Below, piece after piece: positions 32,177-43,848 of a stretch of 64,000 nt of DNA. The number at the start of each line of letters is the position of its first letter. Positions within the stretch are counted from its first letter, which is position 1. The position numbers and the translations under genes were made by a program. The notes under the pieces were generated by a model. It saw only the letters and a list, made by a program, of their open reading frames with translations. It was not told the DNA's origin and did not search any database. Origin of the DNA: an uncultured Solirubrobacterales bacterium (lineage in GTDB: Bacteria > Actinomycetota > Thermoleophilia > Solirubrobacterales > Solirubrobacteraceae); contig CAVRCU010000001.1 of assembly GCA_963719725.1 (NCBI GenBank), forward strand, positions 797,416 to 861,415, given 5' to 3'.

Positions 32177-32260
32177 CGGCATCAAGGCGATGGCGTCGAC
32201 CCCCAGCTCTCGCGTACCGTCCCCGGCGTATGCCATCATGAGCAGGTCACACCGATGAAG

Positions 32261-32340
32261 TTTTGGTCGGCTCTCGTACGGCGAAAGAGCCCTCGGGCTC
32301 TGCCCCATTCGCGAGCTAGCTTTGCGGGGGCCGACCGCAG
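32261..32340. ncRNA. Candidate DUF3800-associated structured RNA
   Basis: Closing stem GGTCGGCTCTCGTA (32265-32278) with TGCGGGGGCCGACC (32323-32336); internal AGAGCC-CTCG-GGCTCT hairpin; abuts the DUF3800 stop codon. Confidence 0.6.
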
Positions 32341-32343
32341 TTC

Positions 32344-32989
32344 TCAGTAGTAGGCGATCGTCCCTCGGAGCCAAACGTCAAACTCGCTCCGGATCTTTGG
32401 TGCGATGAGGGTGTGCGAGCGGCTGTCCGCCCTCTCCCACTTCCGTTGAATCGCCCACGTGCAGTAGTCGGCAACTTGAAGACACGGGTCGCTGTCCGTA
32501 GGCCAGAACGCAACACGATGGGAGCGGCAGGGCGATAGTTGAAGGACGACTTCATCAACGGCCGCGTGAAGTGCGTGGCGTGCCTTTTTCGTCCCGAGAC
32601 TTGAGGCAGCTACGAACAGTCGATCTGCTGAGGCCATGTGCCGGGCGAGATATTTGAAGTGCAGGTACCAGGCCATCTTGTATAGCTGCGCTTCTGCCCT
32701 GATGTGAGGCTGCGCCTTGCACTTCTCAAGGATCGTGGCGTCAACTTGACAGTCCATGCTGGCCAGCAGCGCAAACACCTCATCCCGAACGGCTTGGGGG
32801 TCTTCGGTGGCGTGGAACACGCGGTCGAGATGCAAGCCTCTCCAGCCGAGCTCTCGGCGCAGCGCGAGCAGGGCATCCCCCGCTTCACAATGAGTGGACA
32901 GTGCAGAGGATGAAGTAGCGCGACGCACCCTGTCGTCTGGAAAAGTCGAAGTTGCCCGCCTCATCAGCGAATACATAGCGATCCGGCAT
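32344..32989 (-). CDS. DUF3800 domain protein (frameshift near 32895)
   Basis: Second frame gives N-terminus MPDRYVFADEAGNFDFS...SRYFILC; main ORF has FHATED and C-terminal CLQVADYCTWAI. Confidence 0.8.
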
Positions 32990-33029
32990 CCGGCGAGCAT
33001 CCCACAACGGTTAGGCGGGATCGATGCCC

Positions 33030-33623
33030 TCAGTGGCTCTCAAGCACGCGGTCGATCAGCCCGTACTCAAGCGCCTGCTCGGCGTTGAAGAACCGATCGC
33101 GCTCCATGTCGGCGCGGACCTGCTCCTGGGGCCGCCCGGTGTGCTCGGCGTAGATCTCGTCGATGCGCTCGCGGACCTTGAGGATCTCGCGGGCGTGTAT
33201 CTCGATCTCGGTGGACTGCCCTTCAAAGCCGGCGGAGGGCTGGTGGATCAGGATCCGGCTATTGGGCAGGCACGCCCGCTTGCCCTTCGCGCCGCCGGCC
33301 AGCAGCAGCGAGCCCATCGACATCGCGACCCCCACGCACATCGTCTGGATGTCGGGCTTGACGAACTGCATGGTGTCGTAGATCGCGAGGCCCGAGTAGA
33401 TCGAGCCGCCGGGGGAGTTGATGTAGATCGAGATGTCCTTCTCGGGATCCTCGGCCTCGAGGTGCAGCAGCTGAGCGACGACGAGGTTCGCGACCTGGTC
33501 TTCGATCGGGACCCCGAGGAAGATGATCCGCTCGTTGAGCAGCCGCGAGTAGATGTCGAATTCACGGTCCCCGCGGGCGGTGCGCTCGATGACCATCGGG
33601 ACCAGCTGCGACTGCGGTGCCAT
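33030..33623 (-). CDS. clpP: ATP-dependent Clp protease proteolytic subunit
   Basis: [35 protein letters not shown]. Confidence 0.98.
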   Translation of the reverse strand: MAPQSQLVPMVIERTARGDREFDIYSRLLNERIIFLGVPIEDQVANLVVAQLLHLEAEDPEKDISIYINSPGGSIYSGLAIYDTMQFVKPDIQTMCVGVAMSMGSLLLAGGAKGKRACLPNSRILIHQPSAGFEGQSTEIEIHAREILKVRERIDEIYAEHTGRPQEQVRADMERDRFFNAEQALEYGLIDRVLESH

Positions 33624-33731
33624 GCCCGCACCCTAGCGGGCGGCCCGCGCCGACGCGGTCGCCGGTGCGATCCTGCGGCCCCTCGGCGACCCGGTGGCGC
33701 TGTGGCGTGACCCCAGCGGGCTTCGTGGCCC

Positions 33732-34714
<983 letters not shown>

Positions 34715-34770
34715 GTCTGCCCGCTCCTGACCGTCGTGGGTGTGGACGTCGATATTGAAAAATGCGAGTC

Positions 34771-34792
34771 GCGTATAACGATCGCTATACGC
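34771..34792. promoter_or_regulatory. 22-bp palindromic operator between divergent AKR and pgsA
   Basis: GCGTATAACGATCGCTATACGC, near-perfect palindrome. Confidence 0.65.
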
Positions 34793-34849
34793 AGCCCAAA
34801 AAGAACATATACACCTCCACGCCCTCCGCCGACATAATGCCGCAAGACC

Positions 34850-35416
34850 GTGTTTCCGCTGAACCTCCCCAACGTCCTCACGGTGCTGCGCATCATGCTG
34901 GTGCCGGTGCTGGTCGTCGCGCTGCTCGGCAACACCCCCGAGGGGGACGTCCTGGCGGCGGTGGTCTTCGCGCTGGCGTCGCTCACGGACTTCGTCGACG
35001 GCTACCTCGCGCGCTCGCGCGGCTCGGTCACGACGTTCGGCAAGCTGATGGACCCGCTCGCGGACAAGCTGCTGATCGTCGCCGCCCTCCTGGCGCTGGT
35101 CTCGCTGAACCGGCTCGCCGCGTGGGTCGCGATGGTGATCATCACCCGCGAGCTCGCCGTCACGGTGCTGCGCATGGGCGCCACCCAGGCCGGCGTCGTA
35201 ATCGGGGCCAGCGCCTTCGGCAAGCTCAAGACCTGCCTGCAGATCGCCGCGATCATGGCCGTGATCGCGGTGCCCGGGCAGCCGCTGTGGGTCTCGCTGC
35301 TGATCTACCTCACCGTGATCGTCACCGTGCTCTCGGGCCTGGACTACTTCTTCGGCCTGCGCCGACGCCTCGCGCAGGCGCAGGCGCGGGTCGATGGAGG
35401 CCCGGGCACGGGTTGA
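34850..35416 (+). CDS. pgsA: CDP-diacylglycerol--glycerol-3-phosphate phosphatidyltransferase
   Basis: [21 protein letters not shown]...[11 protein letters not shown]. Confidence 0.95.
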   Translation: MFPLNLPNVLTVLRIMLVPVLVVALLGNTPEGDVLAAVVFALASLTDFVDGYLARSRGSVTTFGKLMDPLADKLLIVAALLALVSLNRLAAWVAMVIITRELAVTVLRMGATQAGVVIGASAFGKLKTCLQIAAIMAVIAVPGQPLWVSLLIYLTVIVTVLSGLDYFFGLRRRLAQAQARVDGGPGTG

Positions 35417-35465
35417 AGGCCGATTGCGGCCCGGCCGGAGGGCCGGCCGGCGGCGGCGACCGGGG

Positions 35466-36480
35466 TCAGCGTGCGTCCGGTGCGTCCGGCGCCTCGGGGG
35501 CACCGTCGTTGAGCCACTGCTCAAGCGTGGTCTGACGCGCGGCGGGGCGGCCGGTGTCGAGCTCGCCGCGGAGCTCCGCCAGCAGCCCGTGGCGTTCGGC
35601 GACGACGTTGTGCCGGTGGATCGTCTCGAGGTTCTCCTGGCGCGCCGACACGAAGCTGCGCCCGTCCAGCGCCGGGAAGCGCCCGCACGACCCCGGCGAC
35701 CATCTCGCGCACGCAGTCCTCGACGAAGCGCGGGCGGCGGTGGGCCTTTTCGACGACCTCGACCTCGTCGGAGCGCTTCATCAGCTCGTAGATCTCCGAG
35801 GACATCGAGCCCTCGACGATCCCCAGCAGCGTCTTGGCGTCGATCTCGGCGTCGCAGTCCTCCAGGCAGCCGATGTGCAGCGTCCCGAGCCCGCGCTGGT
35901 TGTGGGTCGCGACCGGCACCTGCGCGAGGATCCTTTCGATCTGCGCCGCCGAGAACCCCTCCTGCTCGGCCAGCCGCTCGCGGGCACGCCCCGCGACCAG
36001 CTCCTGGGCGCACGGGCAGGCCGTCATCCCCGTCGCCGCGACCCCCACCACGTGGCGCGTCCCCCCTCCAGCGCCACCGCGCGCCCGTACAGCGTGTAGA
36101 TCTCCTGCGTCGATGTCCCCGACACCGGGCGCCGGCTTGTGCTCGGGGTAGCGCGCCGCCACCGTCACCTCCGCCCGCGCCGCCCCCTGGCGGGCGCGAA
36201 CCAGCTCGGCGATGTCGCGCGCGAGGGTCTCGGCGCGGAACGGGGACTCCGTCAGTACGACCTCCCCGATCGCCTCGTTGACGACCTCCTCGAAGCGCGA
36301 CATGTGCGCCCCCTTCTGGTCGCGACCGAGGTCCACGAAGCACTCCAGGCGCGCGAAGAACAGCTCGTCGCGGATCCGCACCACCTTCTCGACCCCCGTG
36401 ACTCCGACCCGCGAGAGGCCGACCGCGACCGCCGGCGCGCGCGCCTGGACGTCGTCGGCGGGCGGCGGGATGGCGCGCAT
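35466..36480 (-). CDS. folE2: GTP cyclohydrolase FolE2/MptA family (several frameshifts)
   Basis: [43 protein letters not shown]. Confidence 0.88.
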
Positions 36481-36780
36481 GGCGGTCTGCACCTCGCCGC
36501 CAAGCCTAGCGACGAATAGGATCTCATCCGCCACCCCACCGACCCCGACCCACCGTCGACAGCATCCAATGCAACCGGCGCCTCCCACCTTGATATCTGG
36601 TATCACTTCGTACATTCCTCCTCAGCCCGGTGGACCGGCCGACAGGAGGATCGGGACGCACGATGCGCAGACCGCTGATGCCAGGACGACGGAATCGCAG
36701 AGGAGGGGATTGATCAGGGACGGGGAGGTCGGAGCGGAGTCCGCTCCGACGGGGAGTCGGATGGATCCTGGGGGTCCAAG

Positions 36781-38033
<1,253 letters not shown>

Positions 38034-38143
38034 GGCCTGACCCAGCCCGGCGCCGAACGCCCCGGCTGACCATCGCCGGGCGCCCCGCAGGACCAGGGCA
38101 CTAGAATCGAGCGGCCGCCCACGGCTCGCCGCCGGGGATGCCC

Positions 38144-38225
38144 GGTGGGGTGTCCGAGTGGTTAAAGGAGACGGGCTGTAAACCCGTTGGCTCTGCCTAC
38201 GCAGGTTCGAATCCTGCCCCCACCA
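38144..38225 (+). tRNA. tRNA-Tyr (GTA)
   Basis: GGTGGGG/CCCCACC acceptor stem, CTGTAAA loop, long variable arm, GTTCGAATC; TAGAAT -10 at 38102. Confidence 0.97.
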
Positions 38226-38281
38226 TCCCCTACAACGTCCACGGGTGACTGCGAGGGTCGCGATTCGGGTATAGCTGCTCC

Positions 38282-38728
38282 ATGGAGGCATCCACCCCGA
38301 CGCGTGTACTGGTGGTGGCCCACAAGACAGCCGCCACCCCGGCGCTGCTAGACGCCGTGCGGGCGCGAGCCACGCGGGGGTCCTGCTCGTTCACCTTGCT
38401 CGTCCCCAACGCCGCCCACGGTCTGCACCGGGTGGTCGATCCCGAGGACCAGGGGGCGGGGTCGGCTCAGGCTGTGCTCGACCGTGCCCTGCCACTGCTC
38501 GGCGAGGCCGCGGGAATGCAGGTGCAGGGAATCGTCGGCGACTCCGACCCGATGGCGGCGGTACAGGACGCCATCAACCTGATCGGATTCGACGAGATCA
38601 TCGTCTCGACCCTCAGCCCCCGCCTGTCGCGCTGGCTGAGACTCGACCTCCCCAGCAAGGTCGCCGGGATGGGCCTGCCGGTGACCACCGTGACCCCCAG
38701 GGACACCGCCGCCGCACACGCCGCCTGA
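38282..38728 (+). CDS. USP-like (adenine nucleotide alpha hydrolase fold) protein
   Basis: RVLVVAHKTA, GDSDPMAAV, FDEIIVSTL, SRWLRLDLP. Confidence 0.7.
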   Translation: MEASTPTRVLVVAHKTAATPALLDAVRARATRGSCSFTLLVPNAAHGLHRVVDPEDQGAGSAQAVLDRALPLLGEAAGMQVQGIVGDSDPMAAVQDAINLIGFDEIIVSTLSPRLSRWLRLDLPSKVAGMGLPVTTVTPRDTAAAHAA

Positions 38729-38814
38729 ACCAGCCACCGCACACGCCTGAGCCACGCCGCCGTCTACGCCGCCTGAACCGCGACGCGTCGAAGGGTCGGT
38801 CCACGCCGAGACGC

Positions 38815-39159
38815 CTACCGCGCCGCGGTCAGCCGCCGCGCGAGGACCGCGGCTTCGGGGGTGCTTACGACGACACGCCTCAGCGCCCCCTTGTTGCGCA
38901 CCGAGAAGGACAGCGCGGGGACGCCGCGGCGCACCAGCCACGCCTGGTCGAGGCGGATCGTGCGGGCCACGTAGTAGAGCCACGGTAGTCGCAGCCCCGC
39001 CTTCAGACCGGTCGTCATCACCTCCCGGATAGGGTCCTGGACCACTTGGACGTCGCTGACGTCCGCGCGCGGCACCGTGATGTTCCCGAGCAGGCCCAGA
39101 GCCTTCTCCCACGGCGCCAGCAGCACCTCGACGGTGTCCTCGGACAGGTGCACCCGCAT
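38815..39159 (-). CDS. Hypothetical protein
   Basis: MRVHLSEDTVEVLLAPWEK...; plausible small actinobacterial protein. Confidence 0.6.
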   Translation of the reverse strand: MRVHLSEDTVEVLLAPWEKALGLLGNITVPRADVSDVQVVQDPIREVMTTGLKAGLRLPWLYYVARTIRLDQAWLVRRGVPALSFSVRNKGALRRVVVSTPEAAVLARRLTAAR

Positions 39160-39445
39160 CGCCACAGCGTAGTCCCGGCGGCCGACCGCCATCCGGCCGA
39201 GACGCTCGTCGGCCGGCCCGAGTGGACCTCAGCCCGCCTACCCCTCGCGGGCGCAGCGCGGGCACGAGCAACGCGCGCACGAGGAACCCCTCACGCGGGC
39301 GCAAGGGCGGAGGGCTCGAGTTTGCTTGTGCGTAGAGTTAGATAGTGTTTATAATCTCGGGCCGGCGGAGAGAGGAGACCCAGTGATATCGCGATGTAGA
39401 CAAACGTCTGTAGACCTCTCGTCTGCGGCACGCGAGGGTTAGCGA

Positions 39446-39670
39446 ATGTCAATCGAGATTATTCGCAAACAATTCGCAGAGAACCTGCGCACCCATCGCG
39501 AAAGGGTCGGCCTTTCCCAGGAGGCCCTCGCGGAAGCCTGCGACCTGCACCGCACCGAGATCAGCCTCCTGGAGCGGTGCAAGCGCTCCCCGCGCCTGGA
39601 GACGCTCGTGATCCTCGCCAGAGGCCTGGAGCTCTCCTCGCCCGGCGAGCTGCTGGAGGGCATCCGTTGA
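39446..39670 (+). CDS. XRE HTH regulator, C-protein-like
   Basis: LSQEALAEACDLHRTEISLLERCKRSPRLETL; upstream TATAAT (39350) and tandem AGAC-N4/5-GTCT boxes. Confidence 0.88.
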   Translation: MSIEIIRKQFAENLRTHRERVGLSQEALAEACDLHRTEISLLERCKRSPRLETLVILARGLELSSPGELLEGIR

Positions 39671-39693
39671 GGGCCGGCGCCACCGCGCTCTGA

Positions 39694-39756
39694 GAGCCGG
39701 CGCCACAGACGCCGCGGAGCCGGCGCCACAGACGCCGCGGAGCCGGCACCACAGAT
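39694..39756 (+). repeat. 23-bp tandem repeat (2.7 copies)
   Basis: GAGCCGGCGCCACAGACGCCGCG x2 plus partial; degenerate copy at 39671. Confidence 0.85.
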
Positions 39757-39828
39757 GGCGGGTAGCCGGACGGGGGGGCCCCGGGCGAGCGCGTCGTCCA
39801 CTCAAGGCGCAAGATCGCGCAAAGGCCA

Positions 39829-41184
39829 AGCCGACGCGGGGACTCGAACTGAGCCGCCCTGGGTTCGGCGGAGACCGTTTTGGTAGGTTTCCTACTTGTT
39901 CTTGTGGGTGTGGTTGCCCTGTCTTTCGCAGCGTAGAGTTCCTCGATCTCTCGGGGTGGCCGGTCGCCGAGGGATTCGTGTAGGCGCTCGTTGTTGAACC
40001 AGGCGACGTACTCGACGATCGCGAGCTCGAGCTGGGCTGCGCGTGCGCCAGATGCGGTCTGCGATGAGCTCGGTCTTGAAGCTGTCGACGAAGCTCTCGG
40101 CGACCGCGTTGTCGTAGGCGTCGCCGACGGTTCCGATCGAGGCGAGGACGTCGTGGTCGTCGAGGAGTCTGGGTGTAGTCGAATGATGTGTATTGGCTGC
40201 CGGCGTCGGAATGATGCAACGAGCGCGACGTCGGCTCCGGGCGCTCGCTGGTGCAGCGCCATCCTGAGCGCGTCGAGGACGAGGTCGGTGCGCATGTGGC
40301 TGGCGAACTGCCAGCCGACGATCATCGCGGCTGTAGGCGTCGATCACGAAGCTGAAGAACACCAGCCCCTCCCAGCAGCGCAGATACGTGAAGTCCGCGA
40401 ACCACATCTCGTCCGGCCGCGACGCGGTGAAGTCGCGCTTGACGAGGTCCGGGCTGCGCAGCGCCGCCGGGTCGGGCGTGGTGGTCCGCCACGGCTTGCC
40501 GCGGCGCTTGGCGCCCTGGATGCCGTTCTGGCGCATCAGGCGCTCCACCCGGCTGCGGCCGACCTGCTCGCCCGCGCGCAGGAGCGCCTTCCACATCCGC
40601 CGGGACCCGTAGGCGCAGTAGTTCGCGGCGTGCAGCTCTTCGATCACGCCGAGCAGCCGCTCATCCTCGACGGCCCGCGCTGAGCGCTGGCCGGTCGCCC
40701 GCTGGTAGTAGGCGGACGCCGACACGCCCAGGGTCTCGCAGATCGGCTCGACCCCGAAGCGCTCGCGATGCTCGTCGATGAACGCGCTCACTTCGGACGG
40801 TCTGGATCGAGCTCGCCCGCGAAAAACACGCTGGCGGCCTTCAGGATCTCGTTCGCTCGGCGCAGCTCGCAACCTCACGGCGCAAGCGATTTGATCTCCT
40901 CGCGCTCCTGGCTGCTCAGGACGTCTTTGCGCCGGCCCTCATCAGCTTCGGTCTGCCGGACATGTTTGCGCAGCGTCTCGCGCTCGATCCCGAGGTCCCT
41001 CGCGACATGCGCGATCGGACGCCCGGACTCGAACACCAGACGCGCCCCGCGGTCCAGCAACTCCTTTGGATACTTCCTCGCATGTGCCATGAGCCGAGAC
41101 TTCTCCCTCCGCCAGGCAAACCCTGGCCTCGAAGTCTCCGTCAAACACAGGATGGCTCAAACCCCGGACCCCCTCCTTACCATG
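39829..41184 (-). pseudogene. 3' half of tRNA-Thr(GGT) (att-like), interrupted in the T arm by IS3
   Basis: Removing 39850-41162 gives minus-strand CATGGTAA-GGAGG-GGGTC-CGGGG-TTCGAGT-CCCCG-CGTCGGC-T. Confidence 0.9.
39850..41159 (-). mobile_element. IS3 family insertion sequence
   Basis: Terminal IRs TGAGCCGCCCTGGGTTCGGCGGAGAC / TGAGCCATCCTGTGTTTGACGGAGAC; 3-bp TSD AAC; OrfA HTH (start 41091); OrfB DDE motifs WFADFTY, HHSDAGSQY, DNAVAESF; indels present. Confidence 0.95.
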
Positions 41185-41377
41185 ATGCGCAAGGTAGGTC
41201 TCCTGGGCTCGTGAGGCCCCGTCCGGTCTGGGTTCTCGGTGCCTGGAGGGGACTACAAAGGACTGTTTGGCGGGAGCAAAACACCCCCTGGGAAGCCCCC
41301 AAAAACACCCCCAGGAAGACGGGGAGTCTCGGGTGGTCATCGAGAGCCCGATCCTACCCGGTCGGCCCCCGGAACGC

Positions 41378-41383
41378 TAGGAT
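41378..41383 (+). promoter_or_regulatory. -10 element of the tRNA-Thr 5' half
   Basis: TAGGAT 11 nt upstream of GCCGACG. Confidence 0.55.
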
Positions 41384-41394
41384 TGATTGTCCGC

Positions 41395-41440
41395 GCCGAC
41401 GTAGCTCAGTTGGTAGAGCACTTGCATGGTAAGGAAGGGG
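41395..41440 (+). pseudogene. 5' half of tRNA-Thr(GGT); no T arm or 3' acceptor strand follows
   Basis: GCCGACG-TA-GCTC-AGTTGGTA-GAGC-A-CTTGC-ATGGTAA-GGAAG-GGG, then unrelated sequence. Confidence 0.9.
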
Positions 41441-41655
41441 GCGCAGGAAGCAGTCACCGCCTACGCCCCCGAAAGATCCCAAGTACACGCGCCACTCTCT
41501 GGGACAGGCGGGCCCTTCGGAGAGGGACGCTGGAGGATGTCGCGGGGGCGCTTTGGGGGCGTCAGGCGCTTGGATGCGGCCTGGGCAAGCCGAGGTCACC
41601 GCATCGTGGCCCGGCGCAAGCGAACCCTCGGCCCTAGCCTTCTATAGACATAGAC

Positions 41656-42935
41656 GTGCGCCCGAAGCCAATCCATGGAGTTGAGATTCGCAAGCGTCGC
41701 CGCCGCGGTGGCCAGGTCTATTACGTCTACCGAGTCCGGTTCCAGAACGCGAGAGGCGAGCGTGCCCAGCGAACATTCGACACCGCGCAAGACGCCCTGG
41801 ACTTCCGTGCTCGCCTACGACTGCTCAAGCGCACCGGAGACCTCGCCGTGCTCGAAGCCGGAAACGAGACGCTCGAGCAGTTCATGGGCGACTTCTGGCG
41901 TCTGTATGCCGAGACCCACCTGGAGAGGAGCACCCGCAGGAAGTACCGCTGCCTGTGGAACACGCACATCGAGAGGCGGCTCGGCGCGATGGAGCTGCGC
42001 CAGATCACTCCACTGGTGCTCAGCGAGTTCATCCTCGAGCTCCAACAGACCGGGGCGGGCGCCGCCACGATCCGAAGCTGCCTGGGCCTGCTGCAGAGCA
42101 TGTTCGCGCGGGCCGTGGAATGGGACAGGGCGAGCGTCAACGTCGTCAAGCTGATCGCCAAGCCGCGTGCTCCGCGCGTGCGGGCGATCAAGCCGCTCGC
42201 CCCGCCGTGGTCGAGGCGCTGCGGCGGCAGATGCTGCGCAATCGCGACCACGGGCTGCGAGACGCCACACTCGTGAGCGTCCTCGCGTACGCGGGCCTGC
42301 GCCCCGAGGAGGCCCTCGCCCTGGAATACCAGCATGTGCGCAAGGCGACGATCCTGGTCGAGCAGAAGTGGATCGACGGAGAGATCGTGCCCGGCCAGAA
42401 GACCACCCGCCCTCCGCGGTGCCCACCACTGCTCGATGCGCTGCGCGGCGATCTGCGCGAGTTCCGGCTGGCGTGCGGCGATCCGGACGGTCTGATCTTC
42501 GCGCGCCCGGGCGGCAAACCCTGACGCGATCACGACTGGCGCGACTGGCGATCACGCGTCTGGCAGCCGGCGTGCGTGGCGATCGGCATCGCCACCATCA
42601 CCGAAACCACCGCCGTGTACACCGGCAAACGCAGGATCAGCCGGACCTACGACGGTCCGGTGCCATACGACCTGCGCCACAGCTTCGCGAGCCTGCTGAT
42701 CCACGAGGGCAAGCATTCGATCATGCAAATCTCCGAGTGGATGGGCCACAGCGCCGCGACCCTGCTCACCCACTACGCGCACCTCATCGCCGACCTGCCG
42801 GGCGTGCCGGGCGTGCCGGGCCTGCCAGACGAGAACGCGATCAAGACGGCGCGCAGTAACGCGAAGCTCAGGACGCAAAGGAGCCAGATAGTACCCAGAG
42901 GTAATAACTTCATTACTCATTGGTACTATTCATAG
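41656..42935 (+). CDS. Tyrosine recombinase/integrase 1 (frameshifts near 42205 and 42520)
   Basis: N-terminal YRVRF arm-binding-like region; AGLRPEEALAL, YDLRHSFASLL, MGHSAATLLTHYAH. Confidence 0.9.
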
Positions 42936-42936
42936 C

Positions 42937-43848
42937 GTGACGATGGATGACCGCATAGGACGCCTGTTCCCCGCCGGTGGCCCAGTGCCCGCCGATCTCG
43001 TGATCGGACGCACGGGTGACATCGAGGAGATCGTGCGCCGATCGCGCGAGGCGATCCACACGATGCTCACCGGGCCGCGCCGGATCGGCAAGACGACAGT
43101 CTGCGCGGCGGTGTGCGAGCGGCTTCGCCAGGACGGCACGGTGGTCGTCGACATCGAGGTCCCCGAGCGCACGGACGCGAAGGACCTGCTGCAGCTCGTC
43201 GTGGACCGCTGCAACCGGATCTCGCGCTCGGCGGCGACTCGCGGGCTCCTACGGGTGGCGCTGCCACTGATCGAGCAGACGCTCGCCGATCAGGGGATAC
43301 CCCTCGACCTCGGCCAGCTCGCCGATCGACCGGGCTCGCTGCCGACGCGGAAGATCCTCGCGCTGCCGCTGGCGCTGGCCGAGGAGAGGGACAGGCCGGT
43401 CGTCCTCTTCCTCGACGAGCTGCAACGCGCCGCCGACTACGCCGACGGTGAGCAGCTGCTCGGAGACCTTGTCGACCTCTACAGCGGCAACACCAAGGTC
43501 GTCGTGCTCGTCGACGGCAGCGACGAGCGAGCGCTCGACGGGATGCTCGATGCTCCGGCGCAGTTCGGCAAGCTCGTCGATCGGCTGACCCTCGATCCAA
43601 GAATCTCCGCTGACATCTGGCGCGCGGGCCTCGCGGAGCGCTTCGGCCAAGCGGGCCTTGAGCTGCAGCTCGAGGCGCTTGAGAAGCTGATCGAGTTCGG
43701 GGAAGGGCGCCCGTACCCGACGATGACGGCAGCCCGATACGCAGCCCTGGGCGCCCGCAAGCTCGGGAGCGCCACGGTCGAAGCATTCGACGTCCAGATG
43801 GCCATCGACGAGGCGCGACGGCATCTCGCGGAGGATGACCATGCCTGA
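42937..43848 (+). CDS. AAA/STAND-like P-loop ATPase
   Basis: FPAGGPVPADLVIGR, Walker A GPRRIGKT, Walker B LFLDELQ, GEGRPY. Confidence 0.85.
   Translation: MTMDDRIGRLFPAGGPVPADLVIGRTGDIEEIVRRSREAIHTMLTGPRRIGKTTVCAAVCERLRQDGTVVVDIEVPERTDAKDLLQLVVDRCNRISRSAATRGLLRVALPLIEQTLADQGIPLDLGQLADRPGSLPTRKILALPLALAEERDRPVVLFLDELQRAADYADGEQLLGDLVDLYSGNTKVVVLVDGSDERALDGMLDAPAQFGKLVDRLTLDPRISADIWRAGLAERFGQAGLELQLEALEKLIEFGEGRPYPTMTAARYAALGARKLGSATVEAFDVQMAIDEARRHLAEDDHA

Noticed and set aside
38715..38785. Repeated CGCCGCCTGAACC after the USP-like gene
   Set aside because: Two short copies in low-complexity GC-rich DNA between convergent genes; no further support.
39671..39756. 23-bp repeats (and 27-bp repeats at 28357) as a mini-CRISPR
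   Set aside because: Head-to-tail with no unique spacers; no cas genes in the window.
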